This document shows, piece after piece, positions 28,936 through 44,753 of a stretch of DNA of 64,000 bases. A model generated the notes under the pieces. The model was given only the letters and a program-made list of their open reading frames with translations, ran no database searches and was not told the DNA's origin. Both the position numbers and the translations under genes were made by a program. The first letter of the stretch is position 1, and every line of letters begins with the position of its first letter. This DNA comes from the human T2T-CHM13v2.0 reference genome, Homo sapiens, in assembly GCF_009914755.1 (NCBI RefSeq), contig NC_060947.1; one strand, written 5' to 3'.

Positions 28936-29312
28936 AAAAATTAAGGAGTAAATAAAAGTTGAAGTGGTTGAGACAACATCTTTTATGATTTTCTTATTAA
29001 TTTGGCTTTGAAAGTGAAGAAAGAGAGGGACAATGATAAATCCATATATCACACAACCTTGTGTCTCATTTCGGTGTCCAATTCATAAGGAATGCTAAGT
29101 AAATACATGTTAATTTACCCTTATGGAAAATTAAATGTATTTTAAAACTTATTAACAGTAACTAGAAGTCATTTACTCAACAGACTATGATAGCGATTAT
29201 AGCTCTCAAAAATAAGTAAAATATCCCTGCTCTAAGTAGTTACCTGGAAGAGAATAGCAATCAGTGAGAGAGTATTAGGTCTTCAGCAGCAGGATAAAAC
29301 ACATTTTACACA

Positions 29313-29661
29313 TGTATTAGTCCGTGTTCACGCTGCTGATAAACACATACACGAGACTGAGAAAAGAGGTTTAATTGGACTTACAGTTCCACATGGCTGG
29401 GGAGGCCAAAATCACAGCGGGAGGCGAAAGGCACTTCTCACATGGTGATAGCAAGAGAAAATGAGGAATATGCAAAAGCAGAAAGCCCTGATAAAACCAT
29501 CAGATCTCATGAGACTTATTCACTACCATGAGAATAGTATGAGAGAAGCTGCTCCCATAATTCAAATTATCTCCCACCGGATCCCTCCCACAACATGTGG
29601 GAATTATGGGAGTACAAATCAAGATGAGATTTGGGTGGGAACACAGAGTCAAATCATATCA
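29313..29661 (-). mobile_element. THE1/MST-type MaLR LTR
   Basis: tgtattagtccgtgttcacgctgctgataa...gagtcaaatcatatca. Confidence 0.9.
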
Positions 29662-30236
29662 AGACACTATCAGCAGTTCAGTCACAACCATCCAACAAGT
29701 TTCTAAGAAGTTCCAAAACTTCCCTCATCTTTCTGTTTTCTGAGCTCCCCAAGCTGTTCCAGCCTCTCCCAGTTACCCAGTTCCAAAATCTCTTCCACAT
29801 TTTCAGGTATTTTTTATAGCAATGCCCCACCTCTCTGGTACCAATTTTCTGTATTAGTCCATTCTCACACTACTACTATAAAAAACTACCTGAGACAGGT
29901 AATTTATGAAGAAAAGAGGTTTAATTGACTCACAGTTCTGCGGGCTATACAGGAAGCATGGCTGGGGGTCCTCAGGAAACTTAGAATCATGGCAGAAGGG
30001 GAAAGGGGAAGCAAACGCATCTTCAAATGGTGGCACAAGAGAGAGTGAGCAAAAGGGGAACTTCCAAACACTTTTAAACCATCCTATCTCATGAAAATTC
30101 ACTCACTATCATGGGAACACCAAGAGGAAAATCCACCCCAATAATGCAATCACCTCCCACCAGGTCCCTACCCCCAACATTGAGAATTACAATTCAACAT
30201 GAGATTTGGGGGGAGACTCAAAGCCAAACCATGTCA
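29662..30236 (-). mobile_element. MST-type LTR (29850-30236) plus ~190 bp of adjacent internal sequence
   Basis: tgtattagtccattctcacact...gccaaaccatgtca; internal part cagttacccagttccaaaatctcttccacattttcaggt. Confidence 0.88.
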
Positions 30237-30244
30237 TATATATA

Positions 30245-30385
30245 CATATATTATATGGGAGGGGGGATTTATTTTAAAGTATTGGCACACATGATTGTGG
30301 TGGCTGGCAAGTTCAAAATCTGTGGAACCGTCTGGTACATGAGACCTAGAAAAAAAAGTTGCTATTACAACATGAGGTCAAAGGT
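30245..30385 (-). mobile_element. MLT2-like LTR fragment
   Basis: gatttattttaaagtattggcacacatgattgtggtggctggcaagttcaaaatctg. Confidence 0.6.
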
Positions 30386-31025
30386 AAAAGGTACAATTTC
30401 TTATTTAGACTCATCAAAGTATGATTAGTTTATTAAAATTATTTCAGGTAACCTCACCACATACACACAAAAAGTAACTGTGTGAAGAAATGGATATGCA
30501 AATTTGCTTAACTGTAGTATTTATTTCACTATAAATGTATATCAAAACATCATTTTATAACTTTTTTATTTAAAAAGAATTTGCAAAAATTATTTTATTA
30601 AGTTGAATCATATTAAATTGCTAATATTTGACTGTGTTTAACCTACAAAAATGCCATTTCATATTGTTCAATCTTACACTTACCAGGGATTTTCATAACT
30701 CCTACTGTGGTATGTGTAATATGTACTTGGATTTCTAGCAGCATTATTTATCTTTAAAAATGGGTGATCTTGATTAAAAAACTAACAGATATCTGTTATA
30801 ATTCTTCTCAGAAAGTATCTGATAAGTTTGGATACTTATCAGACTCTGCCAATGGCCTACTTTAGTTTCATTTTTAAGATATTATGCAAACCATCTGCAA
30901 TCATCCAAAATATATAAAACTAAAACGACTGAGCAAAAGGCAAAGCTGATAACTTCAGTAACATATTGTGGAGCACTTCTAGAGGATTTGTCAGTATGAG
31001 TACTCAGAAGTGCCAAGCTTTCTAC

Positions 31026-31643
31026 TTTTTTTAATGTTCAATAATGTTTGATTATTATCTATGGTCAATAGGCAACATTTGTTTTCAATTATTTAGACCC
31101 AAATAATGGGTCTAAAGAATTTTCTTTGTGTATGCTTGTATGTTTTATCGAAACATAAAGTATATTCTTATGTTATGAAAAAAAGGAATTAAACTTTTAT
31201 TTTTATTTTTCATACTAGAAAATATATGTTAGAGAATAGATGCTAAAAAAGGAGGTCACAGCCATCTAGTAAATACTGTTGGACGAACCTTGCCAAAAGA
31301 ACAGTTTGAACAGAAGAAATAAAGTGGTAACTAGGAAAAGAAGAGAATGCTTTTCTAAGGAAGACCATAAGTTATCTACTTTGAGATCCTTTCAGTTTTA
31401 AGATACATTGTTGAGTTAATAACAGCTTTAATTGCAGAAAAAAGGTAACACTATACTAAACACATACATCTATTATATAATGTATCTTTTTTCTAGAAAT
31501 ATTGAAATGTGAAAGAAGTGTGCTCTTAGAATGAAAGAAATATGGTGCTTTTTGAGGCCTAGTTGGGAATTTTTCCAGAAGCTTGCAAGAGTGAGAAACA
31601 CCAATGTACAGCAAGCGTTCAATGCAAGATGTACCATGGATAT
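31026..31643 (-). pseudogene. Cluster of candidate decayed exons
   Basis: 31643-31468 has a 58-codon open frame IHGTSCIERLLYIGVSHSCKLLEKFPTRPQK... behind a pyrimidine tract ending CAA (not CAG); 31288-31216 FVQQYLLDGCDLLF*HLFSNIYFL; 31166-31026 YTLCFDKTYKHTQRKFFRPIIWV*IIENK...NIKK. Confidence 0.4.
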
Positions 31644-31671
31644 TTGTAAGGAAAAGATCATAAATCCTTTC

Positions 31672-33755
<2,084 letters not shown>

Positions 33756-33815
33756 ATAAATCCTTTCAATGTTTTAACTGATACCACTGGCATTAAGTGC
33801 AAAGCAGTATTTTTT

Positions 33816-34132
<317 letters not shown>

Positions 34133-34521
34133 CTATTTTTTGCTACAGTTGTTTTTACTTCAGGTCATACATACATTTTCATATTTGATATTGATATATT
34201 TAATAATTTACATACATCTTGAGAAAAAGAAGTTTAGATTATCATGATGTGCCCACATTAGGTAATAATAACAAAAGGACTAATTTAATATCTATGAAGA
34301 GATAATTCTGTTTTCCAGGCCCCATAAGGAGAGAGGCTGCCTATAGGTGGATCACAAAGCCTCACAGGGTTCAAGTCTGTGGATTTAGGTTTATGCTAGA
34401 AAATGTCCGAAAAATGGTTAATTTCCCATCAAGACATAACCTTTATATAGATATAGATATGTTTATACACACACAAACACACACATAAATAGTAGAGTTT
34501 ATTTTTGTAAATTTCAGTATC

Positions 34522-36303
34522 TATTTTAGATACATTAGATACATAGGCAGATTTGTTACATGGGAATATTGTATGATACTGAGGATTGAGGTATGGATCC
34601 CATTACACAAGTAGTGAGCATAGTACCTGATAGGTAGGTTTTTAGCTCGTGTTCTCCTCCTTTCCTCCCCATCCAGGTAGTATGAAGTGTCTATTATTCC
34701 CATGTTTATGTCCAAACCTACTCAGTATTTAACTCTCACTTATAAATGAAAATATGAGGTATCTGGTTTTCTCTTCCTGTGTTAATTCATTTAGGATTAT
34801 GGCCTCCAACTGCATCCATTTTGCTGCAAAGGACATGAGTTTGTTCTTTCTATGTCTGCATAGTATTCCATGATGTATATGTACATTTTCTTTATTCAAT
34901 CTACCATTGATGGGCACATAGTTTAATTCCATGTCTTTACTATTGTAAATAGTGAAGCAATGAACAAATAAGTGCATGTGTCTTTTGGGTAGAATTACTG
35001 ATTTTCGTTTGTGTTTATACACAGTGATGGGATGCCTGGGTCAAATGATAGCTCTGTTTCAAGCTCTTTGAGAAATATCCAGACTGCTTTCCACAGTGGC
35101 AGGACTAATTTACACCCTCACCAAAAGTGTATAAAGATTTCTCCACAGCCTCACCAGCATCTATACTTTTTTTTAAACTTTTTAATAATAGCCATTGTGA
35201 CTGGTATGAGATGGTATCTCATTGTAGTTTTGATTTGCACTTCTCTGATAATTAATGATGTTTAGCATTTTTCATATGTTTGTTGGCCACTTGTATGTCT
35301 TCTTTTGAGAAATGTATGTTTATGTCCTTTGCCCATTTTTAAACTGGGTTACTTGTCTTTTGCTTATTGATTTAAGTTCCCTATAGATTCCGGATGTATT
35401 AGTTTGTTCTCACACTGCTAATAAAAACATACCTGAGACTGGGTAATTTATAAAGGAAAAAGGTTTAATTGATTCACAGTTCCACATGGCTGGAGAAGCC
35501 TCACAATTATGACAGAAGAGCAAGGGACGTCTTACACGGTGGCCAGCAAGAGAGAGCATATTCAGGGGAACTCCTCTTTATAAAACTATCAGATCTCCTG
35601 ACATTTATTCACTATCACGAGAACAGCATGGGAAAACCTGCCCTGATGATTCCATTACCTCACACCACATCCCTCCCACGACATGTGAGAATTATGGGAG
35701 CTACAATGCAAGATGAGATTTGGATGAGGACACAGCCAAACCATATCACTCGATATTATGCCTTTGTTAGATGCATAGTTTGTGAATACCTCTCATTCTG
35801 TAGGTTATTTATTTACTCTGTTATTAGTTTCTTTGGCTGTGCAGAAGCTTTTTAGTTTAATTAGTCCCCAATTGTCCACTTTTGTTTTTGTTGCAATTGC
35901 TTTTAGACAAAAATTATTTGCTAAGACTGATGTTGTGAAGAGTGCTCCTTATATTGTCTCTTAGGATTTTTATAGTTTGAGGTTTTATACTTAAGTCTTA
36001 GATCCATTTCTAGTTAATAAATATTTGTATATGGTGAAAGGTTCAATGTTCTGCATATGGCTATCCATTTATCCCAACACCATTTATTGAACAGGGAGTC
36101 CTTTCCCCATTGCTTGTTTTTGTCAGCCTTGTCAAAAGATCAAATGGTTGTAGGTGTTCAGCCTTATTTCTGGGCTGTTTATTCTGTTCCATGGGTCTGT
36201 GTGTCTGCTTACTGTGTAAACAGTGTTGTACCATTACCATTCTGTTTTGGTTACTAGCAGTATGGTTTGAAGTCAGGTAATGTGATGCCTCCTGCTTTTT
36301 TTG

Positions 36304-36334
<31 letters not shown>

Positions 36335-37025
36335 TTTTGTTTGTTTTGTTTTGTTTTTTGCTTAGGATTGCTTTGGCTATTGGTGCTCTTATTTGCTTTT
36401 CCATGAATTTTAGAATAGTTTTTGTCTAATCTGTTAAAAATGACATTGGTATTTTGATAGGAATGACATTGAATCTGTAGACTGCTTTGGGAAGTATGGC
36501 CATTTTTATGACACTGATTATTCCAATCCATGAGTGTGGAATATGTTTTCACTTATGTGCATCATCTCAGATTTCTTTGAACAGTGTTTTGTAGTTCTCC
36601 TTGTAGAGATCATTCACCTCCTTGGTTAGCTCTTTTCCTAGATTTTCTTTGTGGGTAATGTAAGTGTGATTATGTTCTCAATTTCACTCCCAGCCACGAT
36701 GTTGTTGGTGGATAGAAATGCTACTAATTTTTGTACATTAATTTTGTATCCTGAAACTTTGCTAACATCGTTTATCAGCTCTAGGAACCTTTTGGCAGAG
36801 TCTTTAGAATTTTCTACATATAAATTCATTTAATCAGTGAAGATAGGTAATTTGACTTCTTTTTCTATTTGAATGCCTTTTATTTCTTTCTCTTGCCTGA
36901 TTGCTCTGCCTAAGGCTTCTGGTATTATGCTGAATAGGAGTAATGAGAGTGGGAATCCTTGTCTTATTCCAGTTCTCAAGGGGCATTATTTAATTTTGCC
37001 CATTTAGTATGATGTTGGCTGTTGG
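34522..37025 (-). mobile_element. Older L1 (late L1PA/L1PB-like) ORF2 and 3' end, split by a THE1 LTR
   Basis: ORF2 peptides [31 protein letters not shown] and MSFAAKWMQLEAIILNELTQEEKT; 3' UTR from 34522. Confidence 0.9.
35395..35748 (-). mobile_element. THE1 solo LTR nested in L1
   Basis: tgtattagtttgttctcacactgct...cacagccaaaccatatca; decayed 5-bp TSD ccgga/ctcga. Confidence 0.92.
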
Positions 37026-37445
37026 CACACCATCACCCAAGAAGAATACACTGTACCCAATTTGTAGTATTTTATCCCTCACTCACCTCCCACCTTTTCT
37101 CTTGAGTTCCCAAAGTCCATTGTATCAGTCTTCTGCCTTTGCATCCTCATACTTCCCACTTACGAGTGAGAATATACGATGTTTGGTTTTCCATTCCTGA
37201 GTTACTTCACTCAGAATGATAGCCTCCAATGCCATCCAGGTTGCTGTGAATGCCATTAATTCATTTCTTTTTATGGATGAGTTGTGTTCTATCATATATA
37301 TACACCACAGTTTATCCACTTGATATCTACTCAGAGGAAAATATGTCATTATATGAAAAAGATACTTGCACATGCATGTTTATAGCAGCACAATTTGCAA
37401 TAGCAAAATCATGGAACCAGCTCAAATGTCCATCAATCAATGAAA
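37026..37445 (-). mobile_element. L1PB fragment with 5' inversion (37026-37320 minus; 37321-37445 plus)
   Basis: Both parts match adjacent segments of the L1PB ORF2 end (compare 2510-2800) but in opposite orientations. Confidence 0.8.
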
Positions 37446-37739
37446 CTACATCTTTAGAAATGATAGTATGTTAGACCTGAAAGTGCCATTTGGGTTATCT
37501 AATTCCATGTAATACGCCATCCCAAAATAGTGACTTTAACAAATTATCTCTGACAGTTCTGTGAGTGGACTGAGCTCATCTTGACAATGTTCACTTGGAT
37601 TCTTTGATATTGTAATCAGATTGCAGCTGAGGTTAAAGTCATCTGTTCAGAAACTGAAAGACTTCTTTACAGCCTAGGCTCTGGACATTCAGAATCTCAC
37701 ATGCACCACAATAAAGCCAACTCATGTACAATAATGTGA

Positions 37740-38058
37740 AAAACCTGTATCTGCCAGTAAGCACATAACAGCTTCCTTATACTGTGCATTGTGATGTTTC
37801 TGATGAGATAACTGTGATAATAACAAGTATTGAGTTATTTACATTTTGTACTAAAATATGTAATATTTGGAAGAGTTAAGTCAGTGAGCCAATAATTTTT
37901 AAATGACCAATGCTTTGTGTTACAAAATTTATCATGCAGAGGTAAAAGATCATCTCAAAGTGCAAGGCACACAAATGTATTTTAATGTAAAGAGTATGAA
38001 AAGTTGATTAATATGGTTTCAGATTCTGCATGATTACTAACATTCAAGAAACTGCCAA
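37740..38058 (+). mobile_element. hAT-Charlie (Charlie1-like) DNA transposon fragment
   Basis: aagtgcaaggcacacaaatgtattttaatgtaaagagtatgaaaagttgattaatatggtttcagattc; appears to resume at ~40225-40600. Confidence 0.6.
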
Positions 38059-40016
38059 TTAGAAATCACTGAATACATGGATAAATTCCTGGAAACATAC
38101 AACCCCCCTCCCCTCAAGATTAAGCCACAAATAAATTGAAATCCTGAACAGAAAAATAACTAGTTCCAAAATTTATTCAGTAATTAAAAGCCTACCAAAC
38201 AGGAAAAGCCCTTGACCAGATGGATTCATGGAAAAATTCTACAAAATATACAAAGAAGAGCAGGTACTAACTCTACTAAAATTATTTTTTTTAGTGGAGT
38301 AGGAGGGACTCCTCCCTAACTAATTCCATGAGGCCAACGTCATTGTGATACCAAAACCTACGAGAGACACAACAATAAAGAAAACGTCAGACCAATACCC
38401 CTGAGAAACATAGACAAAAATCCTAAACAAAACACTAGCAAATCAATTCCAGTAGAACACCAAAATGCTAATCCACCATGATCAATTAGGCTATATTCTT
38501 GGGAAGCAAAGATGGTTCCACATATTCAAATCAATAAATATGACTCGTCACATAAACAGAACTAAAAACAAAGCAAAATGATCATTGCAATAGATGCAAT
38601 CAAGACTTTTAATAAAATCCAACATCCCTTCATGTTAAAAACCCTCAACAAACTAGGCATTAAAAAAGTATATCTCAAAATAATAAGAGTCATTTATGAC
38701 AAACCCACAGCCAATATTATACTGAATGGGGAAAAGCTGGAAGCATTCCCTTTGAGAACCTAAAACAAGACAGGGATGTCTTCTCACACTGCTCCTGTTA
38801 AACATAGTACTGGAAGCCTTAGCCAGATAAATCAGGTAAGGGAAAAAAAATGAAAGGCATCCAAATAGGAAGAAAGGAAATCAAACTCTCTCTCTTTGTA
38901 GACTATATGATTCCATACATAGAAAACCCAATAGTCTCTGCCCAAAGGCTCCTTGAACTGATAAACTACTTTGGTAAAGGTTCAGGATACCAAAACTGTG
39001 TACAAAAATTAGTGGCATTTCTATACACTGATAACACTCAAGGTGAGAGAAAAATCAAGAGTGCATACCATTCTCAACAGCCACAGAAAGAACAAAATAC
39101 CTAGAAATACATCTAACCAGGTAGGTGAAAGATCTCCACAACAAGCATTACAAAACACTGCTGAGAGAAATCAGAGTGACAAAAGCAAATGGAAAAATGT
39201 TCCATGCTCGTGGATACAAAGAATTAATGTTGTTAAAATGCTCATAATACACAAAGCAATGTACAGATTCAATATTATTTCTATCAAATTACCAACATCA
39301 TTTTTCAGAGAATTAGAAGAAACTATTATAAAATTCATGTGGAACCAAAAAAGAGCTTGAATACCCACAACAATCCTAAGCAAAAAATAAAAATAAAACA
39401 CAAAGCCCCAGGCATCTGACTTCAAACTATACTGCAAGGCTACAGTACCTAAAACATCATGGTATTGGTACAAAAATAGATATTTAGACCAATGGGACAG
39501 AACAGAGAGCTCAGAAATAAGGCCACAAATCTACAACTATCTGATCCTTGACAAAGCTGACAAAAACAAGCAATGGGGAAAGGTGCTGGGATAACTGACT
39601 AGTCATATGCAGAAAATTAAAACTGGAACCCATTTTTTACACCATATATAAAAATCAATTCAAAATGGATTAAAAACTTTTTAAAAATCTGAAAACTATA
39701 AAAACCTTGGAAGACAACCTAGGCAATACCATTCTGCATATAGAAACAGGCAAAGATTTCATGACAAAGACACCGAAAACAATTGCATCAAAAGCAATAA
39801 TTGACAAATTGGATCTAATTAAACTAAAGAGCTTCTGCACAGCAAAAGAAACTTTCAACAGAGTAACCAGAAAGCCTACAGAATGGAAGAAACGATTTGA
39901 AAACTATGAAACTGACAAAGGTCTAATATTCAGAATCTATAAGTAACTTAAATTATCAAGCAAAGAAGTAAAAAAAATAAATAAATAAATAAAAATGGGA
40001 AAGGGCATGAATAGAT
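38059..40016 (+). mobile_element. L1 ORF2 (RT region) fragment, old L1PA/L1PB-like
   Basis: Peptides [28 protein letters not shown] and [17 protein letters not shown]; multiple stops and frameshifts. Confidence 0.92.
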
Positions 40017-40220
40017 AGCCAACATGGTGAAACCCCGTCTCTACTAAATATACAAAAAATTAGCCGGGTGTGGTGGTGGGCACCTGTAGTCCCAGCTACT
40101 AGGGAGGCTGAGGCAGGAGATCTCTTGAACCTGGGAGGAGGAGGTTGCAGTGAGCCAAAACCGCACCACTGCTCTCCAGCCTGGGCAACAGGGTGAGACT
40201 CTGTCTAAGAAAAAATATAT
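40017..40220 (+). mobile_element. 5'-truncated Alu joined directly to L1
   Basis: agccaacatggtgaaaccccgtctctact...gggcaacagggtgagactctgtct. Confidence 0.92.
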
Positions 40221-40224
40221 ATCT

Positions 40225-40600
40225 TTTTCACTACAATCCTTTTTGAGGTATGATTTTCTTCATATAGTTCAACCAAAATAGCATTTGGAACACACAGAAG
40301 ATGAAAGAAACTATGAGAATGTAGATGTCTTTTATTAAGCCATGCCTTATGGAGTTTGCAAAAATATAAAACTGTGACAGTCTTCTCATTAAGAATTTTC
40401 TTTTGCTAAATATAATTTTGATAAATATGTTTTATTTATGTTCACATTTGTTGGTTTTATAAATACATTCTAAAAATTGTTATTTAAAAATTGTTATATT
40501 AAGATTTAAGTGCCTTATATTTCTCAGCTTTAATTTAAAATATGATTTATATTAATAATGTTAAAATAAACAGAAGGTCTTTAAGGTCCTCAATAATTCA
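40225..40600 (+). mobile_element. Charlie1-like fragment (continuation)
   Basis: ttttcttcatatagttcaaccaaaatagcat...gtcttttattaagcca...tttgcaaaaatataaaac. Confidence 0.5.
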
Positions 40601-41883
40601 TTATTATTTTTAAAATTGTGATTAAATACACATCACAAAATGTATTATGTTACCCATTTTAAGTGTACTGTTCTATGGCATTAAGCACATTCACACTGTT
40701 ATGCAACTACCACTACAATCCATCTCCAGAGCCCTTTTTATCTTGAAAATTGAAACTCTGTAGTCATTAAACCAGAACTCCCCATTTCAGCCTCCATCCA
40801 GTCTCTGGCAACCATCATTCTATCCTCTGTCTCTCAATTTGACTATACTAGGTAGCTCATATCAGTGGAATCATGCGGTATTTGTCCATTGGTGACTGGG
40901 TTATTTCACTTGGCATGGTATCCTCGAAGTTCATTCATGTTGCATCATGTGTCAAAATTTCGTTTTGGCTGAATAATATTTCATTGTGGATGTATACCAC
41001 ATTTTGTTTATCCACTTATCCATCAATGGACACGAGTTGATTTCACCTTTTGGCTATTGTGAAAAATGCTGCTATGAACAAGGATATACAAATGTACGTT
41101 CAAGTTTCTACTTTCAATTTTTTGGTTATATACCCAGAAAGAGATTTGCTGGGTCATATGATGATTCTATTTTTAATACTTTGAAGAACTCCTATACTAT
41201 TTGCCACAGTGGCTGCACCATTTTACTTTCCCAAAAAATAGTGCATAAGGGTGTCAATTACTCTACACACTTGCTAACAACTGTTATTTTCTGCTGTTTT
41301 TTAGACATAGTAGCCACCCTAATGTGTGTGAGGTGGTTCTCATTGTGGTTTGGATTTGCAATTCCCGAACGATTGGTGATGATCAGCTTCTTTTCCTGTA
41401 TTTATAAGTCGTTTTGTATATCTTCTTTCGAGAAATGTTTACCCATTTCCTGTGCCTATTTTTTTTTTAAATCAGGTTGTTTGTTTTTGAAATTTTTGAG
41501 TTGTAGGTATTCTTTTCATATTCTGCATCTGAACTCCTAATGAGATATATTATATATAAATGTTTTCTCCCATCCAGTGTCTTGTCCTTTCACTCTGTTG
41601 ATTATGTCTTTTGATGCACAGAAGTTTTTAATTTCAATGCAGCCCAATTTACGTATGGTTTTCCTTTATTTTCTGTGCTTTTGGTGTCATATCCAAGAAA
41701 TTGTTGCTAAATCCAATGTCATAAACTTTCTTCTATGCTTTCTTCTAAGAGCTTTATAGTTTTAGTTTTACATTGATGTCTTTGTTCCATTTTGAAATTG
41801 TTTTTTCACATCGTGTAAGGTTTACAGTTTTTCCCAGCACTGTTTATTGAAAACAACGTATTTCTCCCACTGAACGGCCCTGG

Positions 41884-42239
41884 CATGGAATACTACACAG
41901 TTATAAAAAGAACAAGATCATATCCTTTGCAGGCACATGGATGGAGTTTGAGGCCATTATCAGCAAACTAATGCAGGAGCAGAAAATCAAATACCACGTG
42001 TTCTAATTTATAAGTGGGCGCTAAATGATGAGAATACATGAACACAAAGAAAGGAACAACAGACACTGGGGTTTATTGGAGGGTGGTGGATGGGAGGAGG
42101 CAGAAAGATTAGAAAAAAATGTCTAATGAATAATAGGCTTAATACCTGGGTAATGAAACAACCTGTAAATCTAACCCTTGTGACACAAGTTTACGTATAT
42201 AACAAACCTGCATGTGTACCCCTGAATTTAAAAAAAAAT
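41884..42239 (+). mobile_element. L1PA (older) 3' end nested in L1MB
   Basis: catggaatactacacag...aacaaacctgcatgtgtacccctgaatttaaaaaaaaa. Confidence 0.88.
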
Positions 42240-42348
42240 CATTTGACCATGTAGGTGAGGGTTTGTTAATAGGCCCTTTATTCCATTGGTTTAAGTGATT
42301 ATTTTTATGCCAGTAATGTACATTTAGATTACTGTAGTTTAAGAGTAA

Positions 42349-43153
42349 AGAGATTCAGAATGTAAATTTGTGGCATAAAAATTATTTTTAAGCTGAAGAC
42401 ATTTGTGATTCAACAGATGCAAAAATAAGCTTTTTTAGAACCTTCCTTATCTGACTAGAGATAGAAACTTCTGAGAGTGAAGTATCTCTTTATTGACAAT
42501 AAAACTTTCCAGGGAAGTTTTATTGTCAATGAAGACAGAGAAGACCACTCACACCTGCATAAACACACTTTATCACAAACTTTCTTACCTCTTGTTTGTT
42601 CTTCTAAAAACCCATTTGTCTTTCCTTTGAAAAGCCATTCAGTCTTCCCATAGAAGCCCTTTTCTCCCCACTTCCTTTTTCCTATTAAGTTAGATATATA
42701 AAATCCTTTTTTTTAAAAAAAAAAATTTTACTTTAAGTTCCGGGATACAAGAGCAGAATGTGTAGATTTGTTACCTAGGTATACGGGCGCCATGGTGGTT
42801 TGCTGTATCTACCAACCCATCATCTAGATTTTAAGCCCTGAATGAATTAGTTATTTGTCCTAATGCTCTCCCTCCCCTCGCACCCTCCCCCCGATTGTCC
42901 CAGGTATGTGTTGTGCCCCTCCCTGCGTCCATGTGTTCTCATTGCTCAACTCCTATTTATGAGTGAGAACATGCGGTGTTTGGTATAAAACTGTATTTCT
43001 AATTATTGAGCAAGCCACTTCTTTAATGTACTCATATGCATGTGAATAAACCTTGTCTTTTCTCTTGTTAATCTATCTTTCGTCAATTTATTCACAGGGT
43101 CTTAAATATTAAACCTAAGTGAGTAGAGGAAAACTTTTTCCTCCCAGAAAAAA
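42349..43153 (+). mobile_element. MER34-like ERV1 LTR split by an L1PA fragment
   Basis: ggcataaaaattattttaagctgaag start motif; aataaa followed by tctcttgttaatct; host L1 resumes at agtaa. Confidence 0.65.
42706..42983 (-). mobile_element. Short L1PA 3' end nested in the LTR
   Basis: tttactttaagttccgggatac...tgagtgagaacatgcggtgtttgg; flanking tataaaa repeats. Confidence 0.88.
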
Positions 43154-43705
43154 AGTAAGTTTGAAAATCAGGAAGTATGAGATCTCTAATTTTATTATTT
43201 TTGATTGTTTTATTATCCAAGGTACTTTGAGATTCCGTGTAAATTTTAAGATGAGTTTTCCTATTTCTGCAAAAAGTGTCATTGGGATTTTGATAGGGAT
43301 TGCATTGAATCTATAGATTACTTTGGGTAGCATGGATTAATGGTATTAAGTTTTCCAATTCATGAATATCATGTGTTTTTCTACTTATTAGTTGTCTCTT
43401 CTGATTTCTTTCTGTAGTGTTTTACAGTTTTCAGTGTACAAGTCTTTCATCTCTTTGGTTAAGTTTATTCCTAAGTATTTTATTATTTTGGATGCTATTG
43501 CAAATGGAATTGTCAATTTTCTTTTTGGATTGTTCATTGTCAGTGTGTAGAAATGCAACTGATTTTTTGATGTTGATTTTATCTTTTAACTTTGCTGAAT
43601 TCATTTTTTAGTTATAACAGTCTCAGTGTGTGTGTGGTGTGTGTAATCTTTAGAGTTTTTTAAATATGGAATTAGGTTATCTGCAAACAGAATTAATTTT
43701 ACTTC

Positions 43706-44753
<1,048 letters not shown>

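Noticed and set aside
31497-31645. Plus-strand exon-like segment (ttttctag...gtaagg); similar ones at 9913-9962 and 50032-50227
   Set aside because: Stops near the start of the frames or no phase-compatible neighbours; the minus-strand reading is more coherent. A non-coding antisense transcript is not excluded
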